Shown here in pieces: positions 1 to 9,568 of a stretch of 64,000 bases of DNA. The stretch covers positions 1,586-65,585 of the forward strand of contig JAIPJA010000001.1 in NCBI GenBank assembly GCA_021734405.1, read 5' to 3'. The notes under the pieces were generated by a model. It did not search any database and was not told the origin of the DNA. It saw nothing but the letters and a program-made list of their open reading frames with translations. Positions within the stretch are counted from its first letter, which is position 1. Every line of letters starts with the position of its first letter. This stretch comes from Minisyncoccota bacterium. GTDB lineage: Bacteria; Patescibacteriota; Patescibacteriia; Patescibacteriales; UBA12465. The position numbers and the translations under genes were made by a program.

Positions 1-11
1 TAAATTTATAA

Positions 12-2207
12 TTATAATTTAACCATTTTTTTAGATTTTTTTATTTTATAACTTTTAATATTATCTTTTGGTAAATAAAAATAAAAAATAGAACCCTTGT
101 TTTTATCAGGTTTAAATTTTAAATCACCACTATGCGCTCGAGCAATTTCCCTAGCAATATAAAGACCTAGACCAGTGCCATCAACATGTTCTGAGGCTGC
201 GTTTTTTGCTCTAAAAAATTTATTAAATAATTTTTTTCTCTCTTCTTTAGGAATGCCGATACCTTGATCCTTAACATAAAAAAATATTTTTTTAGCTTTA
301 AGCTCTTCATATAAAATCACAGTAGTATTATCAGGAGAATACTTAATTGCATTACCTATTAAATTCTGCCAAATTTGTTTAAACTTACCTTCGTCAGCCA
401 TCACTTCCCTGTCTGGAGATAATCTATTAATTATTTTTATATTTTTTTTATTAATTAAATAAGAATTTTCACTAATAACTGAATTGATGATTTTATCTAA
501 CTTAAAGTTTTCTTTATTAATATTAAATTTTCTGCCCGTATCTATATGGGAAACATCTAATAAATCATCCACTAACTTAATCATACTTAAATTATTTTCC
601 TCTACTTGTTTTAACATTTGTGACTGACGCTTATTTAATTTATTTTTTTTATCATTTAAAATAATACCCGTAAACCAACGAATACTGGTAAGAGGCGTTC
701 TTAGCTGATGAGAGACGATACTAATAAATTCATCTTTTAATTTATCTAATTTTTTTAAATCCTTATTCTGTTCTTCTAGTTTTACAGTAGCTTTTTTGAT
801 TTCTTTTTTCAATTTTAAATTAAATTTTCTAACATTTTCGTAAAGTAAAATATTTTCTAAAGCCACTCTAACTTCAATTCCTACTAAACTTAAAAGTTTT
901 AAATCTTTATTGTTATAAGCTTCTCCAGATTCTTTCTTATTAAAAACTAAAATTGTTATTTTTTTGACTTGTCGAATTTTTATTAATATAAACAATTCAG
1001 TTCCTAAATTATATAAGTACTGACAAGCCTCACAGTTTTTAACGAGTGAAGATTCTAAAAAATCATTTCTAACTAGCAAGGTGTTTTTAGAAACTAGCTT
1101 TTCTAAAGATTGACTATATTTCAATTTCTTAATATTTATTTTCTTAAAATTACTATTATAATCAGAGCTCCAGCTTTTAGTTTCATAATTATAACTTAAA
1201 GCTGCTATGGCCTGAACATGCATATTCCCTTGTAAAAGGGTAATTAGAGCTTTAAACATTTTTTTTATATCTAAAGTAGAATGCAAACGATTATTTATCT
1301 TATAAATCAAATCATCAAAGTCATAAAGGCCGGAAAAAAAATATTTATTAGAAACTCGATAATAGTACTTTTTCAATTTAGGAAAAGCTAAAAGAGCTAG
1401 CACAAATGCTATGGAAAAAACTATAAAAATTAATTGCGGATAAAATTTATATACTAAATATATAGCTAAATAAGAAGGCAAGAAAACTGAAACTAAAGAG
1501 GCTATATAAACTGAATAGCTTCTCATTATAACTTTAATGTTCATTAAACCAAAATATACAATCGCGTAAGTTATAACTACGGAAAATAAAAGCGGAGCTG
1601 CTAAAAACACTGGGTAAACAGAAACTTCATAAGCCGGTAAAAACCCTGTTATACCCAATAAGTTTAAACTGGCAAAGCCTAAAATATAATACAATAAACG
1701 CTTTTTTTCTAAAGCGCTTTGTTCGTCTTTGTATTTCTGTATTAAGGAAATAAAAAAAATCAAAGAATAAAAAACAAAAAAAACAACAAAAAAATGATGA
1801 AAAAATTGAGCCTTAGTATGCGCGCCCCAAGCATAATAAAAAACATCATTTAAAAAATAATTAGTTTGGCTGGCAAATAAAAACAACACCGAGAGTAAAT
1901 AGCCTAAACCTAAAAGAATTTTTCTATAAATACTAGTTTTAGTAATAGCTAAACTAAAATGATATTGCAAGGCAGGCCAAAAAACTATACCTACATATAT
2001 AATCCTATCCCAAAAAATTATTTGTTCTGCTCTATCAGCATTAAACATCATAATCGTGCCAAAAATCCAGACATCTAAAATTATAGTTAAAAGAAAAAAA
2101 AGCCTACTTATTAAGCTACGACTTCTTTTTAAAACAATATAGCCCAAAATAATAATAAAAATCAGGCTTAAAAAAGAAAATATTTGTGCAAATAGATAGT
2201 CAATCAT
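12..2207 (-). CDS. Membrane sensor histidine kinase (N-terminal multi-TM HisKA_7TM-like region, HisKA, HATPase_c)
   Basis: Many TM segments; H-box SHQLRTPLT; N-box NLIGNAIKY; G1 DQGIGI; G2 GTGLGL. Confidence 0.9.
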   Translation of the reverse strand: MIDYLFAQIFSFLSLIFIIILGYIVLKRSRSLISRLFFLLTIILDVWIFGTIMMFNADRAEQIIFWDRIIYVGIVFWPALQYHFSLAITKTSIYRKILLGLGYLLSVLFLFASQTNYFLNDVFYYAWGAHTKAQFFHHFFVVFFVFYSLIFFISLIQKYKDEQSALEKKRLLYYILGFASLNLLGITGFLPAYEVSVYPVFLAAPLLFSVVITYAIVYFGLMNIKVIMRSYSVYIASLVSVFLPSYLAIYLVYKFYPQLIFIVFSIAFVLALLAFPKLKKYYYRVSNKYFFSGLYDFDDLIYKINNRLHSTLDIKKMFKALITLLQGNMHVQAIAALSYNYETKSWSSDYNSNFKKINIKKLKYSQSLEKLVSKNTLLVRNDFLESSLVKNCEACQYLYNLGTELFILIKIRQVKKITILVFNKKESGEAYNNKDLKLLSLVGIEVRVALENILLYENVRKFNLKLKKEIKKATVKLEEQNKDLKKLDKLKDEFISIVSHQLRTPLTSIRWFTGIILNDKKNKLNKRQSQMLKQVEENNLSMIKLVDDLLDVSHIDTGRKFNINKENFKLDKIINSVISENSYLINKKNIKIINRLSPDREVMADEGKFKQIWQNLIGNAIKYSPDNTTVILYEELKAKKIFFYVKDQGIGIPKEERKKLFNKFFRAKNAASEHVDGTGLGLYIAREIARAHSGDLKFKPDKNKGSIFYFYLPKDNIKSYKIKKSKKMVKL

Positions 2208-2290
2208 GATAAATAAAGGTTATATAAGAAAATTTTAGCATTTTTTATAAAAATAAAAAAGAGGAACAACAAGCTCCTCTTAATTTAATT

Positions 2291-3322
2291 TCAGAAATCG
2301 ATTACCTCCATACCCTTGTCTAGGCAGAAAAAATCCACTAAAGGAACTTTGGCTTGAATTTGCCTTAAATAATTTTGTAGTAAAGCTTGATTAGCATCAT
2401 TAACGCTAAAAAAGTTAAACTTTTTTAAATTTCCATTTTTAGATTTACTACTTGCCAAGGCCAAGCACAGGGCCTCAGTAAAACATCCATAAAAGAAATT
2501 CTTATTTGGAAAACTTAAAATTTCCGGAGAAAAACTATAATCTATATTCTCTAAATAAAAATCTCCGGCGCTCCAACGTTTAGGTCTTGGTTTAAGCTCT
2601 TTAAAGACTGGCCAAGATATTCCCGGAGGCGCAGCTACATCAATAACAATAGCGTCTTTAGCTAAAATTTTTTGCAAAGTTTGCGCGTCTAAGTTATGTT
2701 TATGAGTGCAAACAATCAAAATTTTAGCCCCCTCCTCTAATTGCTTCACGCCTTGCAAAATCTCAATGTTTGCATGTAAATTTTGAGTATGTGCACTTAA
2801 CAAACTTAAATTTTGTCGACCACCTCTTAACTTAGTTATAAACTTAACTGCCTCTAAACCAAGAAAGCCCCCGCCAATAACCACCACCTTTTCATGTTCA
2901 AAAGTAATTTTTAACCCTTGTTTAATAGTAGCTAAAAAAGAAAGAGTGGTAGCACTGTCACCTATAGAAAAAATAGTTTTTTTGTAATAGGGCTTTTCAA
3001 GCAGATAAACACCATTCTTGCCTGGTAATCTCTTAGTTGAAGCTGTAAAACATACAACTTTAGCGCCACTTTCAACTAACCTGTCAGTGGCTAAAAGACA
3101 GGCCTCTCTAGCTAAAGTCATTTTATGAGAGGAAAAAATATCCCCTGGCTGAATATCTAAAGGAATAATATGCCCCTTTAAATGACCAAAAGAAAATTTT
3201 AAAGGGGGAAAAAATCCCATTTGAGGCTCGCCAAGCTCAGCTTTAAGCGCTAAACGATTAGAAGGGGAAGTGCTGTTGGCAATAATACCAATATCAATTT
3301 CTGGTTTTAAAGAACTACTCAT
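2291..3322 (-). CDS. NAD(P)-binding oxidoreductase, long-chain acyl-ACP reductase-like / COG5322-like
   Basis: Rossmann VVVIGGGFLG; VIDVAAPP; C-terminal YGCFTEAL resembling the AAR-family F/YAC-AE motif (recognised by eye). Confidence 0.55.
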   Translation of the reverse strand: MSSSLKPEIDIGIIANSTSPSNRLALKAELGEPQMGFFPPLKFSFGHLKGHIIPLDIQPGDIFSSHKMTLAREACLLATDRLVESGAKVVCFTASTKRLPGKNGVYLLEKPYYKKTIFSIGDSATTLSFLATIKQGLKITFEHEKVVVIGGGFLGLEAVKFITKLRGGRQNLSLLSAHTQNLHANIEILQGVKQLEEGAKILIVCTHKHNLDAQTLQKILAKDAIVIDVAAPPGISWPVFKELKPRPKRWSAGDFYLENIDYSFSPEILSFPNKNFFYGCFTEALCLALASSKSKNGNLKKFNFFSVNDANQALLQNYLRQIQAKVPLVDFFCLDKGMEVIDF

Positions 3323-3380
3323 GATTCCTCCATTTTTTGATTAACAAATATTAACTTATTATCATAATAGCAAAAAATAA

Positions 3381-4721
3381 CTACAAAAGAAAGTTTTTTT
3401 TAATTTTTAAAAATTTCTTTTTACTTATAAAATATATAACTATAAATAAACAATAATAAATAAGTAAAAAAGATTTTGAAATTTCAGTTTCAAAATACCC
3501 AGCTTTAAAACTAGAAATCACTTCTATATATTTGCCAATAACCAAAACTGGCATAAAACCCAGCAATGGCACCGGTAAAAGTAGGCCTAAAATACCAAAA
3601 ATTAAAAATAAAGGTAAAACTGGTAAAACTAATAGGTTATACAACAAAAAAAGGTAATTGTAACTTTTAAAGTAATAAACTAAAAGTGGCCAAATTAAAA
3701 TATTTACTGCTAAAGAAGCTAAAATAATTCTTATAACTTCTTTTTTAAAATAAGAACTTTCCAAAGAACTTAAAGTAAAACTAAGTTTTAATATTTTATT
3801 TCTCTTTAACTTAAAAATTAATTTATTTAAAAAATACCAAAAACTTCCTTCCAGCTTAGGTAAAATAAACACTATACCTGCCACAGCCATAAAACTTAAT
3901 TGAAATCCAACTTCTCTAAGCCAGCTTGGTCTCATAGAAAGCATTAAAAATAAACACCGCCAGAATCTTCGCTTAAGGTTTTTTTCTTTAAATAAAAACA
4001 AAAAAGAAATCATAAAACCAGCCCTAATAGCAGAAATTGGGGCTCCTATTAAAAATATATAAAATATTAAAAAAAGTAAAAGTAAAAAATTTCTTACCTT
4101 TCTAAGTCTAAGCTTATTTAATAATTCTTTTAAACCGTAAACCAGTAAACCTAAGTGAAGACCAGAGACAGCTAATAAGTGAGCTAAACCTAACTTAGTT
4201 AAAGCTTCTTTTAAGCTTGGCTCTAACTCTGATTTCAAACCTAAAAGCATGGCTTTTAAAATTCCAGCCACTGGCTCTTCTAAATTCTTATCTATTTTTA
4301 AAACCAAGCCTTCCTTTATTTGCCACAGCTTAAAAGACCAATTTTTCCCAGTATAAGACTCTATTTTCTGTAACTGGGGATAAAAACATAATTTGCTTAT
4401 TCCCTGTTTTTCTAAATACCCCTTATAGTCAAAATCAGAATAATTTTCTGGGTTTTTTAAATCACAACTTAAATACAGAGTATCAAATAAATTTAACCTA
4501 GGCCAAGTTTCCAGTCTAGCTAGAAATTTCTGCTTATTTTTTAAACAAAGCACTACTTCCTGACGATCAAAATAGCGCTCAGGCTCCTGACAAACCACAG
4601 CTTTAAAAGAATTAGACTTAATTATATCGTCAAAAATTAGAGTTTTATCCTCTAAATAAAAACCGATTAACCTAAATAAGGCGAGTAAAAATAAGAAAAA
4701 TAAAAAATAACGACTTATCAT
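3381..4721 (-). CDS. comEC: ComEC/Rec2 competence channel protein
   Basis: FDYKGYL; GLAHLLAVSGLHLG; SAIRA; GFQLSF; many TM helices. Confidence 0.9.
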   Translation of the reverse strand: MISRYFLFFLFLLALFRLIGFYLEDKTLIFDDIIKSNSFKAVVCQEPERYFDRQEVVLCLKNKQKFLARLETWPRLNLFDTLYLSCDLKNPENYSDFDYKGYLEKQGISKLCFYPQLQKIESYTGKNWSFKLWQIKEGLVLKIDKNLEEPVAGILKAMLLGLKSELEPSLKEALTKLGLAHLLAVSGLHLGLLVYGLKELLNKLRLRKVRNFLLLLFLIFYIFLIGAPISAIRAGFMISFLFLFKEKNLKRRFWRCLFLMLSMRPSWLREVGFQLSFMAVAGIVFILPKLEGSFWYFLNKLIFKLKRNKILKLSFTLSSLESSYFKKEVIRIILASLAVNILIWPLLVYYFKSYNYLFLLYNLLVLPVLPLFLIFGILGLLLPVPLLGFMPVLVIGKYIEVISSFKAGYFETEISKSFLLIYYCLFIVIYFISKKKFLKIKKNFLL

Positions 4722-4755
4722 ATCGTTATCTTAATATCTTTTTACTTAAATTATT

Positions 4756-5862
4756 TTAAAGACTCTTTTTCTCTCTTTGCAAGCGTAAATAAGCTTCAAT
4801 AAATGGCTCGATTTCTCCATCTAGAACTTTATCCACTTGATCCGTACTAAAATTAGTGCGATGATCCTTTACCATTTTATAAGGTTGCATAACATACGAA
4901 CGAATTTGTTTGCCCCAAACAGCTACTTTAGCCTCTCCCTTCAATTTATTTTCTTTTTCACTTTGTTTATCTTCTTCTAGCTGATAAAGCTTGGCTTTTA
5001 AAATTTGTAAGGCAGTTTCTTTATTTTGGTGTTGTGATCTCTCTGACTGAGAAGTAGCTGACAGACCAGTAGACACATGAACAATTCTCACCGCTGAATC
5101 AGTCGTGTTAACACTTTGTCCTCCCTGACCAGAAGATCTAAAAACATCAATGCGTAAGTCCTTATCTTGCAACTCTACTTCTTTGGCCTCAGGTAAATCA
5201 GGCAAAACCTCTACCTTAGCAAAGGAAGTATGGCGCATACTCTCAGCGTCAAAAGGGGAAATTCTAACTAAGCGATGAACTCCATTTTCACTTTTTAAAT
5301 AACCATAAGAAAAAGAGCCTGAAATTTGAAAAGTCTGACTTTTAATACCAGCTTCCTGCCCAGGGCTACTATCCACTAATCTAATCTGCCAGCCTTTCTT
5401 TTCACAAAATCTCATAAGCATACGTGAAAGCATCTGAGCAAAATCTTGAGCATCAACCCCGCCTGTGCCTGCGTGTATGGACAAAATAGCATTAAAGCGA
5501 TCATATTTTTCTGAAAATAAAAGTAAAAACTCTAATTTAGAAAACTTATTCTCTAATATTTCCAGCTGAGCTTGAGCTTCCTGATACATAGAGGCGTCCC
5601 CCTCTTTTTGTCCTAAAGCTACTAATTTTTCTAATTCTAAAACTTCTTCTTCTAAATTTAACCATTTAGATATTTCTGCATCTAAATTTTCTGCTCTAGT
5701 GCTTATCTCCACAGCTTGTCTCTGATTCTGCCAAAAACCACTAGCTGTCATTTGTCTCTCCAGCTCTCTTTTTTCTGATTCTAAGCTAGCTATATCTAAA
5801 ATTTTTTTAGCAGAAATAATTTTCTCTCTAAGCTCCTCTAATTGTTTTAATAAATTTTCCAT
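4756..5862 (-). CDS. prfB: Peptide chain release factor 2
   Basis: GVHRLVRISPF (SPF motif) and GGQ motif; single uninterrupted ORF. Confidence 0.97.
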   Translation of the reverse strand: MENLLKQLEELREKIISAKKILDIASLESEKRELERQMTASGFWQNQRQAVEISTRAENLDAEISKWLNLEEEVLELEKLVALGQKEGDASMYQEAQAQLEILENKFSKLEFLLLFSEKYDRFNAILSIHAGTGGVDAQDFAQMLSRMLMRFCEKKGWQIRLVDSSPGQEAGIKSQTFQISGSFSYGYLKSENGVHRLVRISPFDAESMRHTSFAKVEVLPDLPEAKEVELQDKDLRIDVFRSSGQGGQSVNTTDSAVRIVHVSTGLSATSQSERSQHQNKETALQILKAKLYQLEEDKQSEKENKLKGEAKVAVWGKQIRSYVMQPYKMVKDHRTNFSTDQVDKVLDGEIEPFIEAYLRLQREKKSL

Positions 5863-5942
5863 AATACTCTGCTTATCACCTCTAATTATTTATTTTTAAC
5901 ATGTTTTTTTTGGGGGGGGTGATGGCATTAAAAATCCTTTAT

Positions 5943-6314
5943 CTAGGTTTCATTTATAAACTCAACTATTCTTTCTCTTTTTTCATTTGCCTGATCCGCT
6001 TTAAAATAAATTTCTAAAAATACAATCCTTTGATCACTGCCTAGATAAGCATATATAACACGAATACCGCTTTTTGCTCCACGCCCTTTTAGACTTTTAC
6101 ATTGAAATTTTTTTACTTTATAAAACTTTAAATTATCAGCATTACTCGCGCCCTCAATTTCAAAAATACTATTACTATCAACCTCCTGACAATGAAATAA
6201 CTCAATACGATATTGTTTGTTTGTTGCAAAATCATCTTTTAAAGTTGGAAATTTCTTCAAAAGCTTTTTGAAATCCCGTTTAAATTGAGCTGTTTCATCA
6301 TAATTAATTTTCAT
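5943..6314 (-). CDS. RelE/ParE-superfamily toxin (123 aa; likely start MKINYDET at 6314)
   Basis: FKRDFKKLLKKFP...KGRGAKSGIRVIYAY...LEIYFKADQ; start overlaps the antitoxin stop. Confidence 0.75.
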   Translation of the reverse strand: MKINYDETAQFKRDFKKLLKKFPTLKDDFATNKQYRIELFHCQEVDSNSIFEIEGASNADNLKFYKVKKFQCKSLKGRGAKSGIRVIYAYLGSDQRIVFLEIYFKADQANEKRERIVEFINET

Positions 6315-7086
6315 CGTATTTTCGAACGGAAAATTCATCGACACGAGAAAAAACCGCTTCATAATTAATAGGTTGCAAATCTTCAGTGCCGATCCATGGT
6401 ACGTCCTTATGGGAATAATCTCGCATTTTTGTTGCGTTAAAATCTTTAAATCTTTCAATTTCCCAATCAATCAGTTCTTTTTCTTGGGCAGAAAATTTCG
6501 ACAATTCAGCGGACCTCAGAGGTAAATATTTTTTTTGATCGTGCTGAAAATATTTCTTAGTTACTCTAACTAATTCTCCGTCTTGTTCCATCTGTGCAAC
6601 AATTTCCGGAAAAGCTACTGGTGTTGGTCCAAAATGATTCTTGATATACTTCGCTCCAATCAGCTGTTCTTCAAATTTTTCATAATAATCAAAGTCAATA
6701 AAGTACATAAGCTTGCACACTACGGCCTCTCCGATATTGGGGCGAGCGCCGATTCTTTCTAGAATATACAAGAGCGTTTCTTTAAATTTTTCAACTTTTT
6801 CCTGTGGCACAGAAATACGTACTTCTGGTTTTTGTGCTTTTGTTTTTTTAGCTTTTTTTAATTCAACTCTTGAAGAAGCTGGGTCTTGCCCGCTAATAAG
6901 CTCTTCAAAAGATAGTTTAAACAAATCACCAATTTTCTGAACTTCAGACAAATTAATCTCCCGCTCGCCTTTTTCTATTTGTATATAGGTCGGGCGCGAC
7001 AAACCAAGCTTACCTGCCATAAATTCCTGTGACAAACCTTTTTGTTCTCTTAGGCTTTTTATTCTTTTATATAAATTTTTAATCAT
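6304..7086 (-). CDS. XRE-HTH + DUF4065 (SocA/Panacea-like) antitoxin
   Basis: N-terminal HTH (LSQEFMAGKLGLSRPTYIQIEKG); KLMYFIDF, GPTP and SHKDVPW motifs of DUF4065. Confidence 0.8.
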   Translation of the reverse strand: MIKNLYKRIKSLREQKGLSQEFMAGKLGLSRPTYIQIEKGEREINLSEVQKIGDLFKLSFEELISGQDPASSRVELKKAKKTKAQKPEVRISVPQEKVEKFKETLLYILERIGARPNIGEAVVCKLMYFIDFDYYEKFEEQLIGAKYIKNHFGPTPVAFPEIVAQMEQDGELVRVTKKYFQHDQKKYLPLRSAELSKFSAQEKELIDWEIERFKDFNATKMRDYSHKDVPWIGTEDLQPINYEAVFSRVDEFSVRKYDEN

Positions 7087-7123
7087 ATATTTAAAATTTT
7101 ACACATACTGAGTGTATATTTTT

Positions 7124-7152
7124 ATTATACCTATGTAAAATATTTTTGTCAA
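7124..7152 (-). promoter_or_regulatory. Consensus sigma70 promoter of the TA operon
   Basis: Minus strand TTGACA-17 nt-TATAAT; palindrome TACAC-N7-GTGTA at 7100-7116 just downstream (possible operator). Confidence 0.75.
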
Positions 7153-7196
7153 ATAAAATGATAATTATTATTGACATTAATATAATAGTCTAACTT

Positions 7197-7333
7197 CTCA
7201 AGCAAACTTTTTAAAAGCTCTTCGTCATTAACAAGCGCCAATTCTTGTGTCTTATTTTTAGTAACTCGCCATCAACAAACAGCCTTTTATCTTTTTTAAG
7301 AATGTTTATAGGATCGTTTAATAAATTTTGCCT
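7197..7333 (-). pseudogene. Relic 5' fragment of a type III R-M Mod-like methyltransferase gene
   Basis: With one +1 A it reads (AGG)QNLLNDPINILKKDKRLFVDGELLK/NKTQELALVNDEELLKSLL, resembling Mod N-termini from memory; start codon degenerate, frameshifted, truncated. Confidence 0.45.
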
Positions 7334-7410
7334 ATTATAATATACTAAAAGTAAAATAATCATATTTTTACCTTATAATAGCCATTTTTTATCAGATTTT
7401 CTTGATTTAA

Positions 7411-7464
7411 AATTTTATAACTCCAAAAACACCCAATTTCGGAGTTATAAAAATTCATAACTCC
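7411..7464. repeat. Inverted repeat / triple ATAACTCC motif
   Basis: TTTTATAACTCC-N16-GGAGTTATAAAA plus a third ATAACTCC at 7457-7464. Confidence 0.6.
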
Positions 7465-7594
7465 ATTTTCTGTCGTTTTTGGACATTATGACTATATCCA
7501 ATTACATCCAAAAGTATGCCATTGTGGAGCCAGCCAATCACCACTTTTCACTTATATCACTATAAGCGATTATGTGGGATTATTAGGTAAAAAC

Positions 7595-7624
7595 AAAAAA
7601 CCCGCTGTATTTAGCGGATTTTTT
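7595..7624 (-). terminator. Intrinsic terminator about 30 nt downstream of the displaced rpsI stop
   Basis: Minus strand AAAAAATCCGCT-AAATAC-AGCGGGTTTTTT. Confidence 0.75.
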
Positions 7625-7650
7625 GGTATGTAATCTATAGAGATATATTG

Positions 7651-7673
7651 TCTTAACGTTTTGACCGTTAAGA
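7651..7673. other. Prophage attachment junction (displaced rpsI 3' end)
   Basis: TTTGACC (7660-7666) is identical to 44381-44387; minus strand reads GG TCA AAA CGT TAA = S-K-R-stop; perfect 8-bp inverted arms TCTTAACG/CGTTAAGA around a 7-bp spacer. Confidence 0.75.
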
Positions 7674-7709
7674 TGCGCGTCAGGCGTGCTTGAGTGAACG
7701 ATAACTTCT

Positions 7710-7751
7710 AAAAAATGGGCGTCGTTCGTAATGGAAACGATCGCCCGTTTT
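7710..7751 (-). terminator. Intrinsic terminator
   Basis: AAAATGGGCG...CGCCCGTTTT stem with A/T tracts on both sides. Confidence 0.6.
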
Positions 7752-7759
7752 GTGTGCGT

Positions 7760-8089
7760 TTAGATTTCGTCGTACTTCATTCCAGATAATTCCTCAAGTC
7801 GAACTTTTCTTCCTTCTTGGCTACGAGCATCTTTTGTGGCTTCAACCACTCTTTTGGCTCCTTGCCAGTCTTCAGCTTTGTAAAAAGCTTGAAAAAGCTC
7901 TCTCTGACGATGGTCAAGCCATCGCTCGTCATACTGCGGAAATTGATCAGGATTGGAAGCAACCTCGGTTAAGAAGCTTTCTGCTTCGAAAAGTTTTCCA
8001 CTGTCCAGTGCATCTCGAAATTCTGTGGTGTTTTTCATCGGTGTCTCCTTTTTTTCTTGATTATCTGTTGGAAAATTTTCACTAAACAT
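7760..8089 (-). CDS. Hypothetical helical protein between int and att (moron); start 8089 or 8038
   Basis: ORF; own promoter TTGACA-16-TATAGT near 8184-8211; AAGGAG before the 8038 ATG. Confidence 0.65.
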   Translation of the reverse strand: MFSENFPTDNQEKKETPMKNTTEFRDALDSGKLFEAESFLTEVASNPDQFPQYDERWLDHRQRELFQAFYKAEDWQGAKRVVEATKDARSQEGRKVRLEELSGMKYDEI

Positions 8090-8230
8090 AAAATTTTTAA
8101 CGTTTACTCCATTATGGTGCCTGACAGGCACGCTTGAATAGTGGGATCTAATTATCAATATATGTCATTTTTTATCTAACATTACTATACCATACTGGTT
8201 GTAAATGTCAAGGCTTTTTCGTTCTCTTAA

Positions 8231-8284
8231 TTGAGTAGGCTCGATGTTCCAAGTTCACCACAATGGAACACCGAACTCACTCAA
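8231..8284 (-). promoter_or_regulatory. About 21-bp RNA hairpin immediately 3' of the integrase stop
   Basis: TTGAGTGAGTTCGGTGTTCCA-loop-TGGAACATCGAGCCTACTCAA; G-U pairs favour the minus strand. Confidence 0.6.
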
Positions 8285-8287
8285 GAA

Positions 8288-9196
8288 TTAAAACGCCATT
8301 TTTTGGCGATATACTTTCTCTAGCTCCGCATCCGCTACGCCCATATAAAACATAGTTGTGTTAAGTTTGGCGTGGCCAAGCATCTTCTGCAAATATCTTG
8401 GATGAACATCATGCTCCACTGCCCTCTTGCCAAATCCATGCCTAAATGAATGAGCTGTCACCTTTTTCTCAATCCCTGCAATTTTTCTCGCTTTCCTAAA
8501 CATTTTCTGAACTGCATCTTTGCCAATACGAGATCCAAACTTTTGATTTGATAAATTAATAAATAATGCACTACTCTTATACAATGCTTTCTTTTCTAGT
8601 TTATTTCTTACTTCGAGCCACTTTTGAAGCAACTCATTGGTTTTCTCATCCCAATATATTTCCCTTTTATGATTTGATCTTTTAAACGTTTTGCATACCG
8701 CTTTCATCTCTTCAAAGTTTAAATCAGCGTAATCTATGCTGATCATCTCACTTAACCTGACACCTGTCGCATATAAAAATGTTAATATTGTTTTATCTCT
8801 TAATTGATCGGGATAAAATTCATCAAATACATCCTGCATCCTTTTAACTTCCTCTTTTAACACAAACGGATAATGCTCTTTATCATCCTGCTTTGGCATA
8901 GGAATAACATCATCGCCAAATTCAACCAATTTCTGCCTATGTAACCACCTCCAGAATGTTCGCAAGCTACAAAAATAACTTGCCTGCGTACTCTTTTTAA
9001 CTTTCCTCATCTCTGTTAAATACAAACCGTATTCAACAAAGTCATGCTCTTTGATGTCTACAACATCCTTCTCGGTGCCATCGCACCAATCAATAAAGAT
9101 TTTAAGCCCCCAACGATAAGATTGTACGGTCTCCGGGGAGTGACCGATTGCCAGCCAATCCAAAAATTGGCCGTACAGTTGTTCATTTTGATTCAT
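8288..9196 (-). CDS. Tyrosine integrase/recombinase
   Basis: Catalytic R (TGVRLSE), HSFRH, LGH, Y (TTMFY); SAM-like N-terminal domain. Confidence 0.93.
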   Translation of the reverse strand: MNQNEQLYGQFLDWLAIGHSPETVQSYRWGLKIFIDWCDGTEKDVVDIKEHDFVEYGLYLTEMRKVKKSTQASYFCSLRTFWRWLHRQKLVEFGDDVIPMPKQDDKEHYPFVLKEEVKRMQDVFDEFYPDQLRDKTILTFLYATGVRLSEMISIDYADLNFEEMKAVCKTFKRSNHKREIYWDEKTNELLQKWLEVRNKLEKKALYKSSALFINLSNQKFGSRIGKDAVQKMFRKARKIAGIEKKVTAHSFRHGFGKRAVEHDVHPRYLQKMLGHAKLNTTMFYMGVADAELEKVYRQKMAF

Positions 9197-9254
9197 AACA
9201 CTTTTTGGTCGAAAGCCCTTAATTAATGGTTAATTAATGACTTTCGTGTTAAAT

Positions 9255-9335
9255 TAATAATAGCCCCCTACATGGATATGCACATCCATGATTGGGTTAG
9301 AAAAGGCGGATTTTTGGCCGTCTTTTCGTTTTTTA
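9255..9335 (+). ncRNA. Candidate small RNA antisense to the integrase leader
   Basis: Hairpin CATGGAT-ATGCAC-ATCCATG, then GAAAAGGCGG...CCGTCTTTTC-GTTTTTT; G-U pairs and U-tract favour the plus strand; promoter weak (TGtTAAATT). Confidence 0.35.
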
Positions 9336-9468
9336 AATATATTAAAACACCCTTTATGGGGGTGTATAATAACGTCGCTTAGCCATTTAAGTCAAGTTTT
9401 GAAGATAAAATAATTATAAAGAAAATATAAAGAAAAAATAAAGTTTTTTCACCCCTCAAAAAGCCAAA

Positions 9469-9488
9469 AGGCCCTCCGAAAAGGGCCT
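9469..9488 (-). terminator. Terminator of the cargo operon
   Basis: AGGCCCT-CCGAAA-AGGGCCT with T-rich flanks. Confidence 0.55.
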
Positions 9489-9568
9489 CGTTTTTATATA
9501 AATTGTAGAATATTAGCTTTTTCATATCATGATATGCGATTATACCACGATATTGCTCATCAGTCAAC

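Noticed and set aside
7657-7665. CGTTTTGAC shared between the att junction and the rep iterons
   Set aside because: Single 9-bp match constrained by the S-K-R codons; probably coincidental
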